Origin: an uncultured Gemmatimonadales bacterium
GTDB taxonomy: Bacteria > Gemmatimonadota > Gemmatimonadetes > Gemmatimonadales > GWC2-71-9
DNA length: 64,000 bases
Direction: 5' to 3'
Assembly: GCA_963821525.1 (NCBI GenBank)
Contig: CAWGED010000010.1
Coordinates: 136,425 to 200,424, forward strand
In this document: piece by piece, positions 19,615-28,495 of the stretch
How the letters are laid out: each line of letters begins with the position of its first letter
Position numbering within the stretch: the first letter of the stretch is position 1
The notes under the pieces: generated by a model
Seen by the model: only the letters and a program-made list of their open reading frames with translations
Database searches by the model: none
Told to the model about the DNA's origin: nothing
Position numbers and translations under genes: made by a program

Positions 19615-20133
19615 CTACGCCACCTTCTCTACCGACAGCTTCGACTGCTTCGCCGCCTTGAGCGTCGCGCGAATCTTCTCGAGGTGATGGTAGCTGTGCC
19701 GGACCGCGTGATCCTCCAGGATGAACTGGGTAGTGAGCGGTGCATCGGCGTTGAGCGAAACCGCCGCCGCCTTGTCCAGCTGCTCGTCAGTGAGCTGACG
19801 GATCGCCTCGGCAGCCGCGGCACTTTGGATCTCCAGGAAATGCAGAGCCTCTTCCTTGGTGACCTTGTCGAAGTCCTTGGCGTGGCGGGCATTCACCTGA
19901 TGCACATCGTCCCAGGTGACGCCGGCGATCGGGTCGCCTTTGGCGAGGGTCTGGGCGATCTGGATCTCCAGCGGATACATGTTGCCGACGTGATGCACCA
20001 CCACGCCGATCTTGCGGCCGTCCTTGGGAATCGGCGTCTGCCACTCGGCCTCCGTGAGGGTGCGGGCGAGAGCGGCAAGGGCGCGGGCTCCTTCTTCAAG
20101 GCGAACGGCCAGCGCTTCGGTACGTTTACTCAT
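19615..20133 (-). CDS. DinB/MDMPI-like four-helix protein
   Basis: LTEAEWQ...VVVHHV...HSYHHLEKI histidine pattern; GGAGG RBS. Confidence 0.75.
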   Translation of the reverse strand: MSKRTEALAVRLEEGARALAALARTLTEAEWQTPIPKDGRKIGVVVHHVGNMYPLEIQIAQTLAKGDPIAGVTWDDVHQVNARHAKDFDKVTKEEALHFLEIQSAAAAEAIRQLTDEQLDKAAAVSLNADAPLTTQFILEDHAVRHSYHHLEKIRATLKAAKQSKLSVEKVA

Positions 20134-20175
20134 GGTCCTACCTCCAAGTCGAGTGCGTGGTTGACAGCAATGTGA

Positions 20176-21036
20176 TCAGGCTACGGTGGCCTGAACGTCG
20201 AGATATTCTCCGACCACCGTCGTCCTGCCGTTGGTGGCCACGTTGTGTTCCGTGAAGTGCCGCGTGAGGTTCTCGCGAAGCCGGCTGGCGCCTTCGGGAT
20301 CGGCGGCGCGCAGGGTCGCGACCGTGGGCCCGTAGCAGTTGGCGAACAGCTCGGTCACCGCGGCGGGCGGGAACGGGAAGCTGAGCTCCAGCGTCCGCTT
20401 GCTGCAGATCACCGAGCTCACCTTGTCGCCGAACCGGGCCCGGACCATCGCCTCCTTGCCCCACTCCAGCGAGCTCGGCACGCCCTGCGGGGGTGGCACG
20501 ACCGCGGTATGCAAGCGGAGCATCTGCCCCACGAATCCCTCGAAGGTCCAGTTCGCCATTGCGACCCGGCCTCCTGGGCGAGTCACCCGAATCAGCTCCG
20601 CGGCGGCGCGCTCCGGACGGAAGGCGAACATCGCCCCGAACATCGTGACCGTGGTGTCGAACTGGCCCTGGAGATAGGGCAGCGACTCGGCATCGCCCAC
20701 TTCGAAAGCGATGGCGACACCCGCGGCACGAGCCTCGAGCTGCGCCTCGGCGATCAGGTTGGGCGCGATATCAATCCCGCTGACTCGCGCTCCGGCCTTG
20801 GCGGCGGGGATGGCGAGGTTGCCGGTGCCACAGGCGACATCGAGGACGGTCTCGCCCGGACGAATCCCCAGCCTTGCGATGAACTCCTGAGCGCCGGGCT
20901 CGAAGCTCCGCGCGATCGGAAGGAAATCGCCCGAGGTCCAGACCGAACGGGCGCGGGCGGTGAGAGGATCTTCCGACCAGGCCCGGACCTCGTTGCTGGT
21001 ACGTGGACTGCGGGATGAAACACCTTCTGCCGACAT
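20176..21036 (-). CDS. class I SAM-dependent methyltransferase
   Basis: VLDVACGTGN, GDAESLPY, FGAMFA, RPGG. Confidence 0.9.
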   Translation of the reverse strand: MSAEGVSSRSPRTSNEVRAWSEDPLTARARSVWTSGDFLPIARSFEPGAQEFIARLGIRPGETVLDVACGTGNLAIPAAKAGARVSGIDIAPNLIAEAQLEARAAGVAIAFEVGDAESLPYLQGQFDTTVTMFGAMFAFRPERAAAELIRVTRPGGRVAMANWTFEGFVGQMLRLHTAVVPPPQGVPSSLEWGKEAMVRARFGDKVSSVICSKRTLELSFPFPPAAVTELFANCYGPTVATLRAADPEGASRLRENLTRHFTEHNVATNGRTTVVGEYLDVQATVA

Positions 21037-21193
21037 GCCACTCCTCCATCAATGGGTTCCGGCGCGACCTCGTGTCGCGCAGCGGGATCAAAGTGCTATG
21101 GAGGGGTGTTGCGGGAAATGACTGGAAGTCCCGATTTGCTGCTCAGGAGTGCTGACGGCGGTGTCAGACGGCGGACTACACGTGGACCCTCGA

Positions 21194-22151
21194 CTAAGAA
21201 ACCCCCGATCTTCTCGCCTCTCGCCACGCGCCCGGGGCCACGCCCGTCGCCTTCTTGAACGCACGGCTGAAGGCGGCCTCGGAGTCATATCCGACCTGCG
21301 CCGCGATGGCGGCCACCTTGGCGCCGCTCTGAGAGAGGAGATTGGCGGCAACCTGCATGCGCCATTGGGCGAGATACTGCATCGGCGGCTGGCCAACCAG
21401 TTCGGTGAAGCGCTTCGCCACATTGGTGCGGGAAGAGGCTGCCTTGCGTGCCAACTCGTCGAGGGTCCAGGGATGAGCCGGCTGCGCGTGCAACAGGCCC
21501 AGGACACGGCCCACCACATCGTCGCGGAGACCCGCGAGCCACCCAGCCTGCCCTGACGGCTGCTCGCCGAGGTAGCGGCGCAGCACCTCGATGAACATCA
21601 ACTCGGCAAGCCTGGTGAGCACGCTGTCGGCGCCGGCCCTCCGGAGCTGGGATTCTTCGGTGACCTGTCGCGTGAAGCTGCTGAGCCCAGGCGCCCGACA
21701 TCCCGCGCATGTGCATGAGGCGTGGGAGACCGGCCAGCAGCGGATTGAAAGGGCGCCGGTCGCAGCCCAGAAACCCGCAAACAAATGCCGCGGCACGAGG
21801 GCCCCCGTTGCCGAGCATCACGGGCTCGAGATAGCGCGCGGTGCCGACGCTATGGACGTTCGGGCCGCTCTGCAGCCCGCGCGCGCTGGACATCATGTGG
21901 GCGTCCCCATGAGGAAAGACGATGATGTCGCCCTGGTTGAGCTCCACCTGGTCCTCCCCTACCAGTCCGCCGTAACAGCGTCCTTCCGTGACGACGTGGT
22001 AGGAGATCAGATGCTCCGCCGTCGGCATGACCCGGGGCGTCAGTTCCTTGGCCGCCACCGTCTCGACGCTCCACGGCGCCACGGCCTCGACCGAATAGAA
22101 GAACGCGCCGTCCAGACGCACGACTCGGAGCAGGTCGGAGAGGGGATCCAT
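21194..22151 (-). CDS. AraC family regulator with cupin N-terminal domain (frameshift at CCC 21686-21688)
   Basis: MDPLSDLLRVVRL...FPHGDAH; C-terminal WTLDELA...PPMQYLAQWRM...VGYDSEAAFSRAFKK in the adjacent frame. Confidence 0.88.
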
Positions 22152-22167
22152 GGAGCGGGAATGTATC

Positions 22168-22278
22168 GGGGAAAGGGGTAGTGGGGAGTAGGGAGTGGGG
22201 AGTAGGGGGAGGGAAGTGAGGGCAAGTACTCATCTGAATAGTTCTCCCCACCACCCACTCCCCACTCCCTACTCCCTA
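22168..22278. repeat. inverted GGGAGTR heptamer element
   Basis: 22184-22203 is the exact reverse complement of 22257-22276 (20 bp). Confidence 0.9.
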
Positions 22279-22689
22279 ACCATCCACGTCATCCAATACC
22301 GGCTTAATATCCACCACGGGCGTCCCGTCAATCGCCTCGATCGGCCCGATCCGCAGTCGCGTCCCGGAAATCTCCCGCACCGTTACTCGATGAAGCCCCA
22401 GCGGATTGGGCCGGTCGGGAGACCGGGTCGCGAAGACTCCGGCGATCGGAATCTCAGGATCACCCCGCGGGTGCACCTGGAGCACCTCACGATCACCCCG
22501 GTGTAACCAGGTGATGATGATGATGTCGTCCCCTCGGGCGACGCCGCGAAGCGCCGGCTCAAAGGCTGGATCAACATGGAGCCAGGCGTCGGGCGCACCC
22601 TCGTTCCCCTGTCTCGGCGCTTCCTCCTTCGAGTGGAGCGCCGACCGAATGTGGCCGATGAGTCGGAGGTGATCAGGAATGTCTTCCAT
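22276..22689 (-). CDS. trmO: tRNA (t6A37)-N6-methyltransferase TrmO/TsaA family
   Basis: APRQG, GVFATRSPDRPNPLGL, DGTPVVDIKP. Confidence 0.85.
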   Translation of the reverse strand: MEDIPDHLRLIGHIRSALHSKEEAPRQGNEGAPDAWLHVDPAFEPALRGVARGDDIIIITWLHRGDREVLQVHPRGDPEIPIAGVFATRSPDRPNPLGLHRVTVREISGTRLRIGPIEAIDGTPVVDIKPVLDDVDG

Positions 22690-22695
22690 GGGGCA

Positions 22696-22797
22696 ATTGC
22701 AAATTGAAAATTGGTAATTGGTAATTGGTAATTTCAGATTGAAGATTTCAGATTGAAGATTGACACTGCAAAAGCTAACAGCTAATAGCTAACAGCT
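22696..22797. repeat. heptamer arrays (AATTGGT, GATTTCA/GATTGAA, GCTAAYA) between divergent genes
   Basis: Contains the third exact copy of ATTTCAGATTGAAGATTTCAGATTGAAGAT at 22731-22760. Confidence 0.9.
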
Positions 22798-22813
22798 TAT
22801 AGGCTTGCGGCCT

Positions 22814-23214
22814 ATGGCATACGGCTCTCCTCCAACCGCCACACCCCGCCATCGCGTACTCGACCCTTCAAGCCACCTACTACATCCTCACAGGGCTCTG
22901 GCCCCTGGTTCACTTTTCCAGTTTCGAGCTGGTAACCGGCCCCAAGACCGATGACTGGCTGGTGCGGATGGTGGCGCTACTGGTCGTGTTGATCGGAGTT
23001 ACACTGGCCGTGGCGGTCATGCGCAATGCCGTTTGACCTGGAGATCACAGTCCTCTCTGCCGGGGCCACCATCGCCTTCTCGGCCATCGACACCTGGTAC
23101 GCCTTCAGCGGTCGCATCTCTCCGATCTATCTGGCAGACGCAGCCTTGGAGGTAGTTCTGCTGGCCGGCATGGCGCTGACCCGCCGGCCGTTCCGGGACG
23201 CCGAACGAGCCTGA
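22814..23214 (+). CDS. conserved hypothetical membrane protein (two frameshifts)
   Basis: LQATYYILTGLWPLVHFSSFELVTGPKTDDWLVRMV...AIDTWYAFSGRISPIYLADA after joining frames. Confidence 0.65.
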
Positions 23215-23377
23215 CGGGATGCCCTGTCTGCAACTCATAATTCGGGAGGCCCCTCAAGACGCCCAAGTCACTCGCGGAATGTTGCTACTGCGGTACCTTA
23301 TCCCCGCTGGCGATCCGCCCAGGGCTGAACCGTGACCCTGCGGGAACATCGAGTCCCTTAGTCCTCAGGAGGGTACC

Positions 23378-23950
23378 ATGACCGGAGCGCGCATGCTGTT
23401 GACCGACGTCCTTTCTCGAGGCTGGTGGCACCTGCTGCTTCGCGGACTCGCCGCCATCGCCTTCGCCATACTTACCTGGTTCCGTCCGGGCATCTCCCTC
23501 GCCGCGCTGGTGCTGCTCTTCGGCGCGTACGCGCTGGTTGACGGAGTGCTCGCCGTGTGGACCGCGATCGCCGGCCGGGGGACCTACGATGGTTGGTGGG
23601 TACTCCTGCTCATCGGGCTGATCGGGGTGGCGGTAGGGATCATGACCTTCATGACCCCGGGGATCACCGCCCTCGCCCTTCTCTACTACATCGCCTTCTG
23701 GGCGATTTTCCGCGGGCTTCTCGAGATCTCGACGGCGATCCGGCTGCGGAAGGAGATCGAGGGTGAATGGCTGCTCATCCTGGGCGGTGTCGCGTCGGTG
23801 GTATTCGGCGTGCTCCTCCTCGCCCGTCCCGGCGCCGGCGCCCTTGCGGTGCTCACCCTGATTGCGATCTACGCCTTGATCATCGGAATTATCCTGGTCA
23901 TTCTCGCATTCAAGGTAAAAGGGATGGCTGGCCGGTTGGCGGGGGCCTGA
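23378..23950 (+). CDS. HdeD/DUF308 family membrane protein
   Basis: WW.LLLRGLAAIAF...LFGAYALVDG; six TM helices; AGGAGG RBS. Confidence 0.88.
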   Translation: MTGARMLLTDVLSRGWWHLLLRGLAAIAFAILTWFRPGISLAALVLLFGAYALVDGVLAVWTAIAGRGTYDGWWVLLLIGLIGVAVGIMTFMTPGITALALLYYIAFWAIFRGLLEISTAIRLRKEIEGEWLLILGGVASVVFGVLLLARPGAGALAVLTLIAIYALIIGIILVILAFKVKGMAGRLAGA

Positions 23951-23958
23951 AGCGAGAG

Positions 23959-24059
23959 AATTGCCGATTGACGATTGCTGATTGACGATTGAACTGCGGT
24001 GGACGCCTCGACTATGGCCCGCAGTTCAATCAGCAATCAGCAATCAACAATCGTCGATC
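23959..24059. repeat. inverted GATTGNN heptamer element between convergent genes
   Basis: GATTGAC/GATTGCT array facing AGCAATC array; perfect 13-bp inner stem 23987-23999/24019-24031. Confidence 0.9.
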
Positions 24060-24498
24060 ACGCGTAAGCCGGCACCCCAAGTCCGCCACCGCCATCCGGC
24101 GGAGCCCCGAAGTGCTCGAGGCCGCACCCCAATTCCTCGCACACGTATCTCATCTCTTTGATCCACGAATCGCACAAGGCGGGCGTGACCACCGTGGAGC
24201 CCGTGATCGCCGCCACGTTCCATTTGCCGTCTTTTGTGAGGACATCCACCTCACTCCAACCAAGCCCCTGATCCAGCAGGTACTCGCGCACTTTATTGGC
24301 GACTGACTGATCGGGCGCCCAATAGGCGGTTGTGAGTACGCAGCCCGGAAAGTTCTCCGCGCCGCAGGGGCCGCACAGGGTGCCGACGAGTCGGCGTACC
24401 TCGGTCCAATGGCGTTCGTTCTCGCGAATCTGACCCATCTGGCGATAGTGCCGCGTCGCGGCCAGCAGACACACGACCAGGACCCCGACCACGGTCAA
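24058..24498 (-). CDS. hypothetical protein with N-terminal TM helix
   Basis: 146-aa ORF filling the gap; start uncertain; no recognised family. Confidence 0.5.
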   Translation of the reverse strand: MTVVGVLVVCLLAATRHYRQMGQIRENERHWTEVRRLVGTLCGPCGAENFPGCVLTTAYWAPDQSVANKVREYLLDQGLGWSEVDVLTKDGKWNVAAITGSTVVTPALCDSWIKEMRYVCEELGCGLEHFGAPPDGGGGLGVPAYA

Positions 24499-24730
24499 GG
24501 AGATGAGTAGCGAGATATTCGGTTCCGGAATGGCCAGCCGCAGTGGCGCAGATCGCCGTCGCCGGACCCGCGAAACGGGGCGGAAGAGGAAGATCCCCCC
24601 GCCCCGTTTGTGATCGGCGGAGATGGCCCTGCCGACTGGACGTGATTTGCGCAGACAGTGCCACCTTATGGAACACGGAAAGGGCAGTCAAGTTGCCCAT
24701 GAGGGCAACACGAGTGATTTTCCGACCTCC

Positions 24731-25258
24731 ATGAGCCCGCAAATTCACCGGATCGAACGGCTGACACCCCCGTTTTCGGGCGCCGATCTTCGCGGGCTTG
24801 CCGAGCTACTGGTAGACGCGGTGTCCTCCGGCGCCGCGGTGAGCTTTCTCCCGCCGCTCACCGTTGAGCAGGCGGAGGCCTGGTGGCGGAAGACCGCCGA
24901 CCCCAAGACCGTTGTTCTTGTGGCCCGGGATGCCATGGGCATCGTCGGGACGGTACAGCTCCACCCATCCTGGGCACCCAACCAGCCCCACCGGGGCGAC
25001 ATTGCCAAGCTCGTGGTCCATCGCCGGAGCCGGCGCACCGGGCTGGGATCCCAGCTGATGCAAGCCATCGAAGGCGAAGCCCGCCGGGCTGGATTCACTC
25101 TTCTCACCCTCGATACCAAGCAAGGCGATGGCGCGGAGCAGCTCTACCGCCGAGGCGGATGGATCGAGGTTGGTGTGATTCCGCGGTATGCACTAAATCC
25201 AGATGGCAGCATGCACGCGACGGTTGTGTTTTATAAGGACTTGTACAGCAGTCGATAG
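24731..25258 (+). CDS. GNAT family N-acetyltransferase
   Basis: GAAVSFLPPL, PNQPHRGDIAKLVVHRRSRRTGLG, LLTLDT. Confidence 0.9.
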   Translation: MSPQIHRIERLTPPFSGADLRGLAELLVDAVSSGAAVSFLPPLTVEQAEAWWRKTADPKTVVLVARDAMGIVGTVQLHPSWAPNQPHRGDIAKLVVHRRSRRTGLGSQLMQAIEGEARRAGFTLLTLDTKQGDGAEQLYRRGGWIEVGVIPRYALNPDGSMHATVVFYKDLYSSR

Positions 25259-25361
25259 TCGATGGTCAGTGGTCTTGAGTCGTGGGTCTTGAGTCTGCCA
25301 GACCCAAGACTCATGACCCAAGACTTCCGACCACCGACCATCGACCATCGACCGCCAACCG
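25251..25361. repeat. nested inverted GTCNNNN heptamer element
   Basis: GTCGATA GTCGATG GTCAGTG GTCTTGA GTCGTGG GTCTTGA GTCT-gcc-AGAC CCAAGAC TCATGAC CCAAGAC ... CATCGAC CATCGAC. Confidence 0.9.
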
Positions 25362-25362
25362 C

Positions 25363-26205
25363 ATGCGCACACCCGTTCTCACCACCCTCGCCCTCATCGC
25401 CTTTGCCGCCAATTCCCTGCTCTGCCGTCTGGCGCTCAGGAGCCAGGCCATCGATCCCGCGACCTTTTCCGCCGTTCGGATCGTCTCCGGCGCCCTGATA
25501 CTCGGCTTGCTCGTCCGTTGGCCGAGCGACGCACCTCCAGCGTCGGGCGGCTCGAGCTGGACGTCGGCTGGTCTCCTTTTCCTTTATGCTGCGCCGTTTT
25601 CCTTCGCCTACCTGCATCTGAGCGCGGGGACCGGCGCGCTCCTGCTCTTTGCCTCTGTCCAAGTGACGATGGTGCTGGCCGCGCTGGCGCGGGGGGAGCG
25701 TCCCCGTCCCATCCAATGGGTCGGGCTGACCGTGGCTATAGCAGGATTGGTCTACCTCGTCCTTCCCGGCCTCACGGCCCCGGATCCGTTCAGCGCCTCC
25801 CTCATGTTTCTCGCAGGCGTTGCCTGGGGCCTCTACTCCCTGCGCGGGCGAAGCACCACCGCGCCACTCGCCCAGACCGCCGGCAACTTCGCTCGCGCCG
25901 TGCCGATGGTGCTCGTTCTCTGTCTAGTCGCCTGGCCGGTGCCGCCGGTCAAAGCGAGCGGAGTTCTTTGGGCCGTGCTCTCGGGCGCCATCGCCTCGGG
26001 TATCGGTTATGCTCTCTGGTATGCCGCACTTCGTCACCTCACAGCCATGACGGCGGCGATCGTACAACTCGCCGTGCCGATTCTCGCCGGAGCGGGAGGA
26101 GTACTCCTGTTGGGAGAAGTGCTCACCATTCGGCTGGCCTTTGCCGCGGTGCTGGTTCTGGGAGGCATTGGCATGGCCATCCTTGGCCGCGCGCCCGCAC
26201 GCTGA
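25363..26205 (+). CDS. DMT/EamA family transporter
   Basis: ALIAFAANSLLCRLAL; ten TM helices; SGIGYALWY. Confidence 0.9.
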   Translation: MRTPVLTTLALIAFAANSLLCRLALRSQAIDPATFSAVRIVSGALILGLLVRWPSDAPPASGGSSWTSAGLLFLYAAPFSFAYLHLSAGTGALLLFASVQVTMVLAALARGERPRPIQWVGLTVAIAGLVYLVLPGLTAPDPFSASLMFLAGVAWGLYSLRGRSTTAPLAQTAGNFARAVPMVLVLCLVAWPVPPVKASGVLWAVLSGAIASGIGYALWYAALRHLTAMTAAIVQLAVPILAGAGGVLLLGEVLTIRLAFAAVLVLGGIGMAILGRAPAR

Positions 26206-26273
26206 CGCCTACCGGCGGCCGAACTACCTTCCGGCAAAGGAGTGAGAGTAGTTTTTTCGAGAGGTGACCTACC

Positions 26274-26642
26274 GTGAGCCAACTGCAAGCCTTGTCCCTA
26301 CTCCCCTTCGTTCCCAGCGGCACCCGCTACGAGGAGACTCGACGTCTCTTCGTCGATCTCGGCTTCGAAGAACTCTGGGAGAACTCCGGCTACGCCGGCT
26401 TCCGTAATGGTGAAGCGCAGTTCATCCTGCAGCGATTCGAGGAGAAGACCTTTGCCGAGAACTTCATGGTCCGGCTCAACGTCCCGGATCTCGATGCCTG
26501 GTGGCAGACTGTTTCGGCAATGAAACTGGACCAGAAGTACCCGGGTCTTCGACTCGCCCCACCGACCGATTATCCCTGGGGACGAGAGGTGAACTTCATT
26601 GACCTGGCCGGCGTGTGCTGGCACGTGGGAGAAGGAGATTGA
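26274..26642 (+). CDS. VOC family protein
   Basis: PFVPSG...PTDYPWGREVNFIDLAGVCWH; GAGG RBS. Confidence 0.85.
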   Translation: MSQLQALSLLPFVPSGTRYEETRRLFVDLGFEELWENSGYAGFRNGEAQFILQRFEEKTFAENFMVRLNVPDLDAWWQTVSAMKLDQKYPGLRLAPPTDYPWGREVNFIDLAGVCWHVGEGD

Positions 26643-26767
26643 GGGATTGAGGGATGTGAGGGATGTATGGATTGAGGATGTCGGGGATGCTGATGCATCT
26701 CGATCGATAACGCCTCGGGAGCAGAACACATCCCTCAATCCCTCAATCCAAACATCCCTCAATCCTC
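26637..26767. repeat. inverted GAGGGATT octamer element
   Basis: 26658-26677 matches the reverse complement of 26741-26760 at 19/20. Confidence 0.9.
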
Positions 26768-27274
26768 ATGTCCGATCTGAACCAGGCCCTGATTCGCCTC
26801 CATGGAGCGGTGGCCGAGTTCGTTGCGGCGGCAGCGGTGGCCGCGCCGAGGTGGACCGTCCCGCGGGCTCCCGGAAAGTGGTCGCCCAGCCAGGTCGTCG
26901 AGCACGTTGCCCGCATAATGGAGGAGTCGGCCAGCGTCGCTTCGGGTGATCCCTCCAAGTTCCCCACGGTCTCCCGTCTGCTCCGCCCCGTCGCTCGACT
27001 GATGTTCTTCCAGCGCGTTCTCCGCCGGAATTCCTTCCTCACACTGAAGACTGCCGGCCCCTTCGATCCTGCGACCGGTTCACCGACAGCGGGCCAGGGT
27101 CGGGTCCGGGTGGAGCAGGCCCTGACTCGATTCGATAAGGCGTGTCGGGGGCGGGAGGCGAGTGGGAAGGAGGTGCCGAGTACCATCTTCGGCGACGTGT
27201 CGGTCGCGGATTTCGCGCGCTTCCAGGAGCTGCACGTGCAGCACCATCAGCAGCAGCTGAAGATTTCAGATTGA
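26768..27274 (+). CDS. DinB family protein
   Basis: PGKWSPSQVVEHV and C-terminal HVQHHQQQL. Confidence 0.85.
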   Translation: MSDLNQALIRLHGAVAEFVAAAAVAAPRWTVPRAPGKWSPSQVVEHVARIMEESASVASGDPSKFPTVSRLLRPVARLMFFQRVLRRNSFLTLKTAGPFDPATGSPTAGQGRVRVEQALTRFDKACRGREASGKEVPSTIFGDVSVADFARFQELHVQHHQQQLKISD

Positions 27275-27333
27275 AGATTGCAAACTGGGTGTGCCCCGGC
27301 CCTCAAATCTTCAATCTGAAATCTTCAATCTTC
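27259..27333. repeat. inverted GATTTCA/GATTGAA element between convergent genes
   Basis: GAAGATTTCAGATTGAAGATT / AATCTTCAATCTGAAATCTTC perfect complement. Confidence 0.92.
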
Positions 27334-27345
27334 CATCGCCCGCGC

Positions 27346-27846
27346 CTACTTCCCCTTAACCAGCGTCGCCAACAGCTCCGCCAGGCGGTCGAGCGTCTCC
27401 TCGGCGCCAGCCAGCATGCCTGACTTGAGCGTCTCGTCCCGCGCCTGTTGCGATGGGAAGTACATGGTCTCGACCAGCGTTGTCTTCTCGCCCTTGTCGA
27501 GGAACACATCCTCCACCAGCCCGGCGGGATCCCGGAAGCCGTCCACGTCATACATGAAGGTGTAGACTAGCCGCTCGGGGGGGACGATCTCGCGGTACTC
27601 CCCGCGGAAGGGATGCTCAGTACCGTTGGCGTTGCGGGAGACATAGCGCCAGGTCCCGCCCGTACGCAGGTCCACCTCACATACGGTCAGCGTGGAGCCG
27701 CTGCGGCCCCACCAGAGTCTCAAGTGCTCAGGCTTGACGAAGGCCTCGAAGACCAGGCTCCGCGGGGCGTCGAACTCGCGGGTGAGGACGATCTCCTTCT
27801 CCGAAGGGAGCGTCACCTTGATGGAAGTAGTCTTGCCGGCGGTCAT
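27346..27846 (-). CDS. SRPBCC (AHSA1-like) family protein
   Basis: EIVLTREFDAPRSLVFEAF...DLRTGGTWRY...GEYREIVPPERLV. Confidence 0.9.
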   Translation of the reverse strand: MTAGKTTSIKVTLPSEKEIVLTREFDAPRSLVFEAFVKPEHLRLWWGRSGSTLTVCEVDLRTGGTWRYVSRNANGTEHPFRGEYREIVPPERLVYTFMYDVDGFRDPAGLVEDVFLDKGEKTTLVETMYFPSQQARDETLKSGMLAGAEETLDRLAELLATLVKGK

Positions 27847-28184
27847 GGTCCCCGTTTCCTCTCTTTCAGGTCCTGAAGGTACTGGTCGAGACGGTCGAAG
27901 CTCTCGGACCGAAGCTGAGTGAAGCTCGTCACCCAGTCGTGAATCGGCTTGAGTCCCTCGTCCTGCAAGGCATAGAGCCGCTGTTGTCCCGCCTCCCGCA
28001 CGTGGACCAGCCCAACCTCTTTCAACACCCGCAGGTGCTTCGAAGCCTGAGGCTGCCGGACTCGAAGCGACCGGGCCAGCTCATTCACCGAGCGTTCCCC
28101 ACCCTTCAGCAGGTTGAGGATCTGGCGGCGCCGAGGCTCGGCGACGGCGTTGAAGACATCGGAGGTCGTTGCGGCTCGGGCCAT
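27843..28184 (-). CDS. ArsR/SmtB family transcriptional regulator
   Basis: DVFNAVAEPRRRQIL...SKHLRVLKEVGLV. Confidence 0.9.
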   Translation of the reverse strand: MARAATTSDVFNAVAEPRRRQILNLLKGGERSVNELARSLRVRQPQASKHLRVLKEVGLVHVREAGQQRLYALQDEGLKPIHDWVTSFTQLRSESFDRLDQYLQDLKERKRGP

Positions 28185-28190
28185 GAGGTT

Positions 28191-28218
28191 AATATATGCC
28201 CATATCGGAATATGTCAA
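28191..28218 (-). promoter_or_regulatory. sigma70-type promoter with overlapping palindromic operator (leaderless arsR)
   Basis: TTGACA-16-TATATT, 6 nt, ATG; ATATTCC-N6-GGCATAT imperfect palindrome. Confidence 0.65.
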
Positions 28219-28495
28219 CGATGCTGGATTCGGGACCTGAGTCCCCCGCTAGATTTGGGGGCATGACTACCTGTATGCGCCTTTACCTCGCGGATCTCGA
28301 CGCCTTGTTGAGCAGCTCGCCAACTCGTCGCCTTTGCGCCACTCCATCCAGCAGGTTGATCGGCAACAGGTCGCGTCCTACGTCGAACAACGGGGTGCCG
28401 AACTCGGGCTACGGCATCTTCATGGCTCTCTGGGAAGAGTCTGCGCCGAAGGCCGGCTGACCCGCACCCTCTTGCCATCAGAAAAGTCAATCGCA

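Noticed and set aside
28334..28495. 54-aa N-terminal extension of the second kinase
   Set aside because: MPPDQLERL at 28496 is the more typical start; the upstream stretch may be a separate small frameshifted ORF
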